Of a DNA stretch of 64,000 nucleotides, positions 55,866-64,000 are shown in pieces; the stretch's first letter is position 1, and each line of letters starts with the position of its first letter. Under the pieces are notes generated by a model. The model worked only from the letters and a program-made list of their open reading frames with translations, did not search any database and was not told where the DNA came from. Origin of the DNA: Bacteroidales bacterium (GTDB taxonomy: Bacteria > Bacteroidota > Bacteroidia > Bacteroidales > ML635J-15); assembly GCA_017617125.1 (NCBI GenBank), contig JAFZWY010000039.1, positions 13,145 to 77,144 on the forward strand, written 5' to 3'. Position numbers and translations under genes: made by a program.

Positions 55866-56564
55866 ATGTTGTTATTGGATGAAGTAATGAATATGCCGGC
55901 AGTTAACGACACTGTGGCAAACGTTGCGGAGAAAAGCTCGGCTGCAAGCCAGTCGTACTGGGACTTGGCCGTACAGGGCGGATGGATTATGATAGTTCTC
56001 GCTGTTCTTTCTGTACTTGCCATATACATTTTTATTGACAAGTATTTGGCAGTAAAGAAGGCTGGCAAGAATCAAGACGGATTCATGCAGAACATCAAGA
56101 ATTACATCAAGGAAGGTAGAATTGACAACGCAATTGACAGTTGCCGCAACAACAACAGCCCTATTTCGAGAATGATTGAAAAGGGTCTGCAACGCATTGG
56201 TCGTCCACTCAACGACGTAAACACTGCAATCGAAAACGTAGGTAAGCAGGAAATTGCAAAACTCGAAAAAGGTCTTGCTCTTCTCGCAACAATAGCCGGT
56301 GGCGCCCCGATGATCGGTTTCTTCGGAACTGTAACCGGTATGGTGCAGTCGTTCTCTTCGATGGCAGCAGCAGGAAATGCACTTGAAATTACCGATTTGG
56401 CTGGTGGTATCGAAACCGCACTTGTTACAACAGTCGGCGGTCTGTTTGTTGGTATCATCGCATACTTCGCATACAACATCTTGGTTGCAAAGGTCAACAA
56501 CCTGGTTAACGACCTCGAATCCAAGACTACCGAATTCATGGACGTATTGAACGAACCTGCATAA
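55866..56564 (+). CDS. exbB: MotA/TolQ/ExbB proton-channel protein
   Basis: Three TM helices and the GAPMIGFFGTVTGM motif. An alternative start lies at 55887. Confidence 0.85.
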   Translation: MLLLDEVMNMPAVNDTVANVAEKSSAASQSYWDLAVQGGWIMIVLAVLSVLAIYIFIDKYLAVKKAGKNQDGFMQNIKNYIKEGRIDNAIDSCRNNNSPISRMIEKGLQRIGRPLNDVNTAIENVGKQEIAKLEKGLALLATIAGGAPMIGFFGTVTGMVQSFSSMAAAGNALEITDLAGGIETALVTTVGGLFVGIIAYFAYNILVAKVNNLVNDLESKTTEFMDVLNEPA

Positions 56565-56576
56565 AACAAAGCAATC

Positions 56577-56987
56577 ATGAGTCTAAGATCGAGAAATAAG
56601 ATTAGTTCGGAATTCAGCATGTCGTCAATGACCGACATCGTGTTCCTGCTGCTCATCTTCTTCATGGTGACATCAACAATGATTGCCCCGAATGCACTGA
56701 AGCTGTTGCTCCCATCAAGCAACAACCAGACACAGGCAAGTCCGCTCGCATCGGTATCAATCAAGGACAACCAGAACGGCACATACACCTACGCCGTAGG
56801 AACAACGATAATGCCATTCGAGAATCTCGAAACAGCACTCGTGAAGGAAATGGCAGAAAAGAGCGACGAAGCATACGTTTCGCTGCATGTCGACAAGTCG
56901 GTGCCAATGGAAGAGGTCGTTAAGATTATGAACATCGCAAAGAAACACGAATACAAACTTATACTGGCAACACAACCTGGAGAATAA
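56577..56987 (+). CDS. exbD: ExbD/TolR biopolymer transport protein
   Basis: MTDIVFLLLIFFMV TM segment with the conserved Asp, and a periplasmic domain. Confidence 0.85.
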   Translation: MSLRSRNKISSEFSMSSMTDIVFLLLIFFMVTSTMIAPNALKLLLPSSNNQTQASPLASVSIKDNQNGTYTYAVGTTIMPFENLETALVKEMAEKSDEAYVSLHVDKSVPMEEVVKIMNIAKKHEYKLILATQPGE

Positions 56988-57763
56988 TGAACTACTTCAT
57001 GCAACATAAGGAAGCATTTATAGGTTCTGCAATATTTATTGCAGCAGTCCTGCTTTTCCTGTTGTTGTGCGGGCTTAAGATGCCAGATCCACCACTGGTG
57101 GAAGAATGCATACTATTAGACTTTTCAACTCCCACAGAGGAGTCAACATTACTTGATACAAGAGGTGGCGGCGGAAATCCCAACGCAGGAGCATCGACCG
57201 CTAATGCAACTACAAGCAATCAAAATACCTCTACACAAAACTCAAATTCAAACTCAAACTCAAATCCCAGCGTCGAATCTCAGGCCTTCGAGGATGCTGC
57301 GCCCCTCCCATCAGGTAATGATAGCAAAGGTGAAACAAAAGAAAACGTAGAACCAACCCCGACATCTAAGACCGAAGGTCGTGTAAACTTCGGTGGATTG
57401 TCTGGTGGAAATGCTTCTGGAAATGGCGGAAGCGGCTCAGGTAGCGGCAACCCAGGCTGGGGCGGTGGATCAGGCTCAGGCGGTGGAAGCGGAACTGGCC
57501 CTGGAGGTATCGGAGGAAGCATCGGTAACAGAAAAGTAACCAAAGTTTTACCTGAAAACAAGGACAACATGACCGGTACGGTCAAACTGAAAATAACAGT
57601 CAACGAGAAAGGTATTGTCGAAACTGCAGAACCAGCAGCAGGAACCACTTGTAGCGAGTGCGTACCTTTTGCAATAAAGGCTGTAAAGCAGTGGAAATAC
57701 GAGGCAAAGCCAGGAAGCGGAACACAGACCGGTATCGTCACTGTTGAATTTAAACTGAAGTAA
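56987..57763 (+). CDS. tonB: TonB-family energy transducer with a Gly/Ser/Asn-rich linker
   Basis: N-terminal TM anchor and C-terminal TonB fold (GTVKLKITVNEKG...A.KQWKYEAKPG). ATGA overlap with exbD. Confidence 0.7.
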   Translation: MNYFMQHKEAFIGSAIFIAAVLLFLLLCGLKMPDPPLVEECILLDFSTPTEESTLLDTRGGGGNPNAGASTANATTSNQNTSTQNSNSNSNSNPSVESQAFEDAAPLPSGNDSKGETKENVEPTPTSKTEGRVNFGGLSGGNASGNGGSGSGSGNPGWGGGSGSGGGSGTGPGGIGGSIGNRKVTKVLPENKDNMTGTVKLKITVNEKGIVETAEPAAGTTCSECVPFAIKAVKQWKYEAKPGSGTQTGIVTVEFKLK

Positions 57764-57767
57764 TCCA

Positions 57768-58862
57768 ATGAAAATAAAACCATCTATAATTATTATCGTT
57801 TTGATAATAAGCGCTTTGTCGTTTTATTCATGCAAGGACAACAACGAAATCTCAATAAAAGGACAAATTTCCGACTGCAAAGGTTGTAAAATTCAACTTG
57901 AACGGCTCTCCCCTATAAAAGTCGATACTATTGCAACTGTCAGCTCAGGACTGGACGGCAGTTTCAAATTCAATTACAACGACAGCATACGGCGTCTGTA
58001 TCGCATAAAACTGGAAAACAGGCCTCCGATACATCTAAGTTTGGTCAACGGTGAAAATATTCAAATCACAATAAATGCAAACGACTACGAAATATCTGGC
58101 TCAAACGATTGCTCGGAACTGAAACGCCTCAACGACCGTATGACAAAAAGCACTCAGAAAGTCGAAGAACTACGCAGCAAGGTTAGCCAACAGTTCAATA
58201 TCGACAAGGCAACCCTCGAGGAAAGCAATCGCATCGCCGATAGCCTATACTTGTCCGACAAAGAGTTTATTTCAGATTTTATCAAGCAAAATCACACATC
58301 GCCAATAATATACCTTGCTCTGCACCAATATGTTTCCACAACACCAATAATGCAGTTACCCGACGACTACGATATATACAAATATGTCCTCGATGAGATG
58401 AAAACACACAATCCCGAACTCGAAGAGACAAGGTTTCTTGAATCGACTGTCAAGAAATTCGAGTTACAGCAGGAACAACGCAACCGCGAATATGTGAACC
58501 TTTCGGAAGGTTCTATCGCACCCGACTTTTCCATTCCAAACGAAAACGGTGATCCAATAAGACTTGCCCAATTCAATGGTAAAGAATTATCATTGTGCTT
58601 TTGGGCGTCATGGGACAAAAAATCGGTTACAGCAACACAGAAATACATTGCCGAAAACAATGGCAGACAAACAATCCTCGTTTCACTCGACAGCAACCGC
58701 GAGCAATGGCTTCAAGCAATAAAATTCCACCGTCTCGACAATGCCATCAACCTATGCGACTTCAAGTCGTGGGAAGGAATAACTGCAAAACTCTACGGCA
58801 TTAAAACTATTCCAACCATTGTTGAAATATCTAAAGAGCAAAAAATTGAGAGAATATTCTAA
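57768..58862 (+). CDS. TlpA/AhpC-like thioredoxin-fold lipoprotein lacking the CxxC motif
   Basis: Lipobox FYSC. The C-terminal redoxin fold has FWASWDKKS where the WCxPC active site would be. Confidence 0.65.
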   Translation: MKIKPSIIIIVLIISALSFYSCKDNNEISIKGQISDCKGCKIQLERLSPIKVDTIATVSSGLDGSFKFNYNDSIRRLYRIKLENRPPIHLSLVNGENIQITINANDYEISGSNDCSELKRLNDRMTKSTQKVEELRSKVSQQFNIDKATLEESNRIADSLYLSDKEFISDFIKQNHTSPIIYLALHQYVSTTPIMQLPDDYDIYKYVLDEMKTHNPELEETRFLESTVKKFELQQEQRNREYVNLSEGSIAPDFSIPNENGDPIRLAQFNGKELSLCFWASWDKKSVTATQKYIAENNGRQTILVSLDSNREQWLQAIKFHRLDNAINLCDFKSWEGITAKLYGIKTIPTIVEISKEQKIERIF

Positions 58863-59002
58863 GAATATCTAAGCATCTATTCGCAAATCTCACTTCAAAT
58901 AGTAAATAATCCTTATCTTTGCATTGCGATTGGCACGCAGATTGCCCATATATAGGCAGCAATAAAAAATTAAACGATAAGTGCCATTTTGACATATTAT
59001 TT

Positions 59003-61450
59003 ATGAATTTATTTGACGACTATAAGATGATGTCTGACATGGAAGATGGAGAAAACATAATTCCTATATTCACAGACGTAATAAAGAAGACTGACGAAAT
59101 CAAGGACTTGCCCGAATTTCTGCCGATACTGCCGTTACGAAACTCCGTTTTGTTTCCAGGTGTAGTATTCCCAATAAACATAGGACGACAGAAATCGTTC
59201 AAGCTGATACGTGAAATACAACGTACTACGCGTATTTTCGGTGCACTTTCGCAAATTGATGCCGAAGTCGAAGACCCACAGTTTTCCGACATGCACAAAA
59301 TTGGAACTGTAGCCGAAATCCTCAAGGTCATCGAAATGCCCGACAATACCATTTCGGTCATAATACAAGGCAAATCAAGGTTTGAAGTGCTGGAATACAC
59401 TGGAAGTGACCCGTACTTTATGGCTCGCGTACGTTATCTCCGCGAACCTGTTGAGCCGAAAAACGACCACGATATAGATGCAATCTTGTCCTCAATCAAG
59501 GACATTGCAATTAAAATCGTGAAAATGAGCCAGAACGCTCCCGGAGAATTGTCATTTGCACTGAAGAACATCGACAATCCGACTTTCCTCGTCAACTACA
59601 TTGCAACCAACTGCAACTGCACCAACGACGAAAAGCAGACACTTCTGGAAGCCAACGAGTTGAAACAACGCGCCATAGGTCTTCTGCGCTACCTCAACGA
59701 GCAGAAGCAGTTCCTCGATTTGAAGAACGAAATCCAGGGAAAGGTTAAGAAAGACATGGACAAGCAGCAGCGCGAATACTTTCTTAACCAGCAGATTAAG
59801 ACCATACAGGAGGAACTCGGCGGCTCTCCTTACGAAAAGGAAATCGACGAACTCCGCGAAAAAGGAAAGAAGAAAAAATGGAGCAAGGAAATTGCCGAAG
59901 TATATGAAGCTGAGATAAAAAAACTCGAGCAACTTAACCCAATGTCGGCCGAATTCTCGGTGCAGATGAACTATATGCACGTATTCGTCGATTTACCGTG
60001 GAACGAATACACCAAGGATAATTTCAACCTGAAACACGCACAAAAAGTCCTCGACCGCGACCATTTTGGACTCGACGACGTAAAGGATAGAATTCTGGAA
60101 CACCTTGCTGTCCTGAAACTTAAGGGCGATTTAAAATCTCCTATTCTTTGTCTTTACGGCCCTCCAGGTGTCGGCAAGACATCGCTCGGAAAGAGCATTG
60201 CCGATGCACTTGGCAGAAAATATGTCAGAATGTCACTCGGTGGCCTGCACGACGAATCGGAAATTCGCGGACATCGCCGCACTTATATAGGTGCAATGCC
60301 CGGCAGAATTTTGCAGAACATCAACAAGGCAAAATCGTCGAACCCAGTATTCATACTCGACGAAATCGACAAGGTCGGCAACGACTACCGTGGCGACCCG
60401 TCGTCTGCACTACTCGAAGTGCTTGATCCAGAACAGAATACCGAATTCCATGACAATTTCATCGACCAGGAATACGACTTATCGAAAGTGATGTTTATTG
60501 CCACAGCCAACAACATTTCCACGATAAATCCAGCCCTTCGCGATAGGATGGAAATGATTGAAATCAGCGGTTATGTCACCGAAGAAAAGCTGGAAATTGC
60601 CAAGCGCCACCTCATCCCTAAGGAATTCGACAACCACGGAATCAAAAAGTACAAAATCAAGGTTGACGATTCGGCAATTCTGAAGATTATCGAAGACTAC
60701 ACTCGTGAATCGGGCGTTCGTGCGCTCGACAAGCAGATTGCAAAACTGGCCCGCCGTCTTGCAAAGGCAATCGGCATGAACGAAAAATATCCAAAAGTCA
60801 TTACTGCCGAGAACCTCGAAACATTCATCGGCAAGCCATTGTTCCACCGCGACATGTACGAGGAACAAGAATTTGCTGGTGTAGTCACAGGATTGGCTTG
60901 GACAGCTGTCGGTGGTGAAATTCTCTACATCGAGACTAGCCTTTCGGCAGGCGACGGCAAGATGACGCTTACCGGAAATCTCGGCGACGTGATGAAGGAA
61001 TCGGCAAAACTGGCTATGGAATACGTAAAGGCACACGCCGACAAGCTTGGCATAAAGCCCGAAGTATTCGAAAAGTGGAATATCCACCTGCACGTTCCCG
61101 AAGGCGCAATCCCGAAGGACGGTCCGTCGGCTGGTATCACAATGGCAACAGCTATTGCTTCGGCCTTTACGCAGCGTAAGGTAAAGTCGCACATTGCAAT
61201 GACAGGCGAAATAACCCTGCGCGGAAAAGTTCTGCCGGTGGGCGGAATCAAGGAAAAGATTCTTGCTGCAAAACGCGCTGGAATCACCGAAATAATACTT
61301 TCGCGCGAAAACGAAAAGGACATCAACGACATAAAGCCAATGTACCTAGAAGGCGTTCAGTTCCATTACGTTGACACTGTTTCAGACGTATTTGAACTCG
61401 CCATTACCAACAAAAAGGTCAAGAACGCTAAAAAACTTACAGACAAATAA
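59003..61450 (+). CDS. lon: ATP-dependent Lon protease
   Basis: LON N-domain, Walker [10 protein letters not shown], Walker B FILDEIDK, catalytic [14 protein letters not shown] and GGIKEK. The ATG at 59003 is preferred; it lies downstream of a TATCTTTG box at 58912-58919. Confidence 0.95.
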   Translation: MNLFDDYKMMSDMEDGENIIPIFTDVIKKTDEIKDLPEFLPILPLRNSVLFPGVVFPINIGRQKSFKLIREIQRTTRIFGALSQIDAEVEDPQFSDMHKIGTVAEILKVIEMPDNTISVIIQGKSRFEVLEYTGSDPYFMARVRYLREPVEPKNDHDIDAILSSIKDIAIKIVKMSQNAPGELSFALKNIDNPTFLVNYIATNCNCTNDEKQTLLEANELKQRAIGLLRYLNEQKQFLDLKNEIQGKVKKDMDKQQREYFLNQQIKTIQEELGGSPYEKEIDELREKGKKKKWSKEIAEVYEAEIKKLEQLNPMSAEFSVQMNYMHVFVDLPWNEYTKDNFNLKHAQKVLDRDHFGLDDVKDRILEHLAVLKLKGDLKSPILCLYGPPGVGKTSLGKSIADALGRKYVRMSLGGLHDESEIRGHRRTYIGAMPGRILQNINKAKSSNPVFILDEIDKVGNDYRGDPSSALLEVLDPEQNTEFHDNFIDQEYDLSKVMFIATANNISTINPALRDRMEMIEISGYVTEEKLEIAKRHLIPKEFDNHGIKKYKIKVDDSAILKIIEDYTRESGVRALDKQIAKLARRLAKAIGMNEKYPKVITAENLETFIGKPLFHRDMYEEQEFAGVVTGLAWTAVGGEILYIETSLSAGDGKMTLTGNLGDVMKESAKLAMEYVKAHADKLGIKPEVFEKWNIHLHVPEGAIPKDGPSAGITMATAIASAFTQRKVKSHIAMTGEITLRGKVLPVGGIKEKILAAKRAGITEIILSRENEKDINDIKPMYLEGVQFHYVDTVSDVFELAITNKKVKNAKKLTDK

Positions 61451-62715
61451 TGCAACGCAAACGTACCGACATAGACCTGATGGCACCAGTTGGCTCATAC
61501 GAGTCGCTGATGGCTGCAATTCAGGCAGGAAGCAATTCCATATACTTTGGCATAGAACAACTTAACATGCGTGCCCGTTCGTCGAACAACTTCACATTCG
61601 ACGACTTGCGCAACATAGTCTCTATTTGCGAAGAGCACAACGTAAAGACATACCTCACCGTAAATACCATTATCTACGACGAGGAAATGGAAAAGATGCA
61701 TAAGGTTGTGGATGCTGCCGCAGAAAATCACGTTACAGCTATAATTGCCTCCGACATTTCCGTGATGCAGTACGCCCGTAGCAAAGGTGTTGAGGTTCAT
61801 GCTTCTACGCAGTTAAACATTTCCAACATCGAGGCTGTTGCATTTTTTGCACAGTTCTGCGACGTGATGGTAACAGCACGCGAACTATCTCTCGAACAAG
61901 TGAAATACATCACCGAGCAAATCCGCCAGCGTGACATCCGCGGACCAAAGGGCGAACTTGTTAAGATTGAAATCTTCTGCCATGGTGCCTTGTGTATGGC
62001 GGTTTCGGGCAAATGTTACCTCAGCCTCCACGAATACAATCACTCGGCAAATCGCGGTGCATGTCTGCAGGCCTGCCGCAGGGCTTACCGCGTTACCGAC
62101 ATCGAAAGTGGCGACGAACTCGAAATCGACAACAAGTACATAATGTCGCCAAAGGACTTGTGCACAATTGGTTTCATAAACAAAATCATCGATGCTGGCG
62201 TAAGCGTACTGAAGATTGAAGGTCGTGCCCGCTCGTGCGAATACGTAAAAACCGTTGTGGAATGCTACGACCAAGCACTGAATTCCTGCTTCGATGGAAC
62301 ATACAACCGCGAAAAGATTGATGGTTGGAAAAAACGTTTGGAAACTGTTTTCAACCGTGGATTCTGGGATGGCTACTATATGGGACAAAGACTCGGTGAA
62401 TGGTCGGAAGTTTACGGTTCGAGAGCTACAAAGACCAAAGTTTATCTTGGCAAAGTGCTCAATTTCTTCTCCAAGATAAATGTCGCAGAAATAAAACTCG
62501 AAACCGCCGAGGAACTGAATGTTGGTGATGAAATTCTGATAACAGGAACAACCACAGGCGCTTTGCAGCAGACAGTAGATGAAATACGCGAAGATCTGAA
62601 GCCAGTGCAAAAGGTTGTACAAGGTTCGCTATTCTCAATTAAGACAAACGATGTTGTCCGCCGTGGCGACAAACTATATAGGATTGTTGACACTCAATTT
62701 GCAAGCTGCGAGTAA
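61450..62715 (+). CDS. U32-family peptidase
   Basis: LMAPVGSYESLMAAIQAG start and the Cys-containing U32 signature region (EIFCHGALCMAVSGKCYLS). Confidence 0.9.
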   Translation: MQRKRTDIDLMAPVGSYESLMAAIQAGSNSIYFGIEQLNMRARSSNNFTFDDLRNIVSICEEHNVKTYLTVNTIIYDEEMEKMHKVVDAAAENHVTAIIASDISVMQYARSKGVEVHASTQLNISNIEAVAFFAQFCDVMVTARELSLEQVKYITEQIRQRDIRGPKGELVKIEIFCHGALCMAVSGKCYLSLHEYNHSANRGACLQACRRAYRVTDIESGDELEIDNKYIMSPKDLCTIGFINKIIDAGVSVLKIEGRARSCEYVKTVVECYDQALNSCFDGTYNREKIDGWKKRLETVFNRGFWDGYYMGQRLGEWSEVYGSRATKTKVYLGKVLNFFSKINVAEIKLETAEELNVGDEILITGTTTGALQQTVDEIREDLKPVQKVVQGSLFSIKTNDVVRRGDKLYRIVDTQFASCE

Positions 62716-63650
62716 TGGAAATCTGCATCCACGACCTCTGGAACGAATACGAACTCATTGACTGCGGCAACGGTCGCAAACTTGAGCGTTTCGGTGAAAT
62801 TACCCTCATACGTCCCGAAATAACAGCCACAGGCAAACCGCATCTTTCCGAAGCACAATGGAAGGGAATGGCCAATGCCGAATTTGTTGAAACATCAAAA
62901 AATTCTGGCAGATGGGATATTTTCAAGCCAATTCCTGAAACGTGGCAGATGAAATACACTTCCCGCTCCCATAAGCGCCCCCTGAGCGTTAGTCGAAGGG
63001 AAGCAGATGGAATGTCAACAGCGAGTCAAAGGGAAGAAACTCATATCACCGCAGAACTATCGCTGACCACCTCCAAACACATTGGCATATTCCCCGAACA
63101 AGTCATCAACTGGCAATTCATCGAACGCGAAAGTGCCAGCTATGGACACGAAAGTTTCCTTAACCTGTTCGGTTACACCGGACTATCCACTGTTTTTGCT
63201 TCAAACTTCTTCGTCAAGGCAACCCACATCGATTCTATTCGCAAGGTTGTGGAATGGACCCGCCACAACGCCGAAAACTCAGGCAGAAACAACATACGTC
63301 TCATAACCGAAGATGCTCAGAAGTTTGTGGAACGCGAAATCAAGCGTGGCAACAAGTACGACGGCATTATCCTCGACCCGCCAGCCATTGGCAGCGGAGC
63401 AAAGAACGAAAAATGGATTTTCGACGAGATGATTGAAAATCTTCTCACTAATGTAAATCTCATTGCAAAAGACAAGTCTTTCATAATAATGAACTTATAC
63501 TCGCATTCGGTATATGGCATGGAAGTACGAGAACTTTTGCACAAGTGCTTCCCGCATCACAATATTGAAATGTGCGAAGAAGTAAAAGGCGTATCACAAT
63601 TTGGTGGGAAGATAAGCCACGGAGTATTTGTGTGGATGAAAAAGATATAG
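62715..63650 (+). CDS. class I SAM-dependent (RNA) methyltransferase carrying an in-frame repeat-element insertion
   Basis: KHIGIFPEQ, LNLFGYTG and IILDPPA motifs, as in RlmI/YwbD-like enzymes. Residues ~80-105 are encoded by a REP-like element. Confidence 0.75.
   Translation: MEICIHDLWNEYELIDCGNGRKLERFGEITLIRPEITATGKPHLSEAQWKGMANAEFVETSKNSGRWDIFKPIPETWQMKYTSRSHKRPLSVSRREADGMSTASQREETHITAELSLTTSKHIGIFPEQVINWQFIERESASYGHESFLNLFGYTGLSTVFASNFFVKATHIDSIRKVVEWTRHNAENSGRNNIRLITEDAQKFVEREIKRGNKYDGIILDPPAIGSGAKNEKWIFDEMIENLLTNVNLIAKDKSFIIMNLYSHSVYGMEVRELLHKCFPHHNIEMCEEVKGVSQFGGKISHGVFVWMKKI
62976..63000 (-). repeat. REP-like element, copy 4 (reverse orientation, 1-nt insertion), inside the methyltransferase CDS
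   Basis: The reverse complement reads CCCTTCGACTAACGCTCAGGGGGCG. It is flanked by the inverted CTTCCC/GGGAAG arms at 62959-62964 and 62998-63003. Confidence 0.8.
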
Positions 63651-63656
63651 AATTAT

Positions 63657-64000
63657 TTATTCCGCTTCCTTTTCCTTAGCCTCTACAACAGGAATCCTTT
63701 CTCCATTATAGAACGCAACGACAAATGCATCGGTTACGCCCATAGAACGAGCACTTTCGACAGCAGCCTTCACATCGTCAAATTTCTTGAATGCACCTAC
63801 CCTATAATTCGTAAACTTACCGTTCTGAACCGTTGAAAGCCGTGAACCATTATTTGATGCAATTGTACGGAATGTAGCCATACTACGGGCATCCGGTGTA
63901 TGAACAAAGGCTCCGAGTTGTACGAAGTACTCGACGCCACCTGCTGCCTGCTGCAAAGTTTCGGCAGGAACAATCGGCCTAGGTTCGGCTACAGATGTCG
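63657..64000 (-). CDS. SPOR-domain protein, 5' end beyond window edge
   Basis: C-terminal SPOR repeat (YFVQLGAF...YRVGAFKKFDDVKAAV...GVTDAFVVAF). The frame stays open to nt 64000. Confidence 0.7.
   Translation of the reverse strand, partial: TSVAEPRPIVPAETLQQAAGGVEYFVQLGAFVHTPDARSMATFRTIASNNGSRLSTVQNGKFTNYRVGAFKKFDDVKAAVESARSMGVTDAFVVAFYNGERIPVVEAKEKEAE

Overview
This is a 64-kb chromosomal segment that reads like a Bacteroidales (Bacteroidota) genome. Almost every gene start is preceded by a TAnnTTTG -7 box instead of a Shine-Dalgarno sequence. The dapB-lepB-lepB-wbqC and sigma54 activator-lptE-X-secG syntenies are present, along with ExbB/ExbD/TonB, a PorQ-like barrel and an LTA-synthase-family sulfatase. 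Most of the window is housekeeping: ispG, pepP-like, dapB, ffh, folD, purE, lgt, lon, secG, topB, tRNA-Thr and tRNA-Met. Three stretches look accessory or uncharacterised. (1) 12.4-21.6 kb holds a tightly coupled CYTH-SGNH operon that runs into a four-member family of unrecognisable ~230-250 aa paralogs. After it come a YD-repeat-like secreted protein, a MoxR-like AAA ATPase with a DUF2201-type vWA partner, and two paralogous Cys-containing lipoproteins. (2) 27.6-28.8 kb is a visibly AT-richer islet with a PKD lipoprotein and an HTH protein, next to topoisomerase III. (3) 35.2-40.5 kb is the most unusual locus. A DUF3127-type protein carries a canonical SSB disordered linker and DDDLPF tip. 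It faces a PIF1/RecD-like helicase that is preceded by an alternating array SSB-X-SSB-X-SSB. The three SSBs are tail-less OB-fold proteins and the two X genes encode paralogous basic 138-aa proteins of unknown function. The intergenic spacers in the array are conserved better than the genes. They carry perfect consensus promoters pointing against the genes, each followed by an end-to-end closed stem and a U-tract, so they are candidate small RNAs. Other non-coding features are a cobalamin riboswitch in front of a CoA-transferase, a dispersed ~24-nt REP-like element (4 copies, two of them in-frame inside CDSs), and a disordered protein region built from hairpin-forming palindromic units. No CRISPR array, rRNA, integrase or transposase was seen. 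All functional calls come from motif recognition by eye; no database search was possible.
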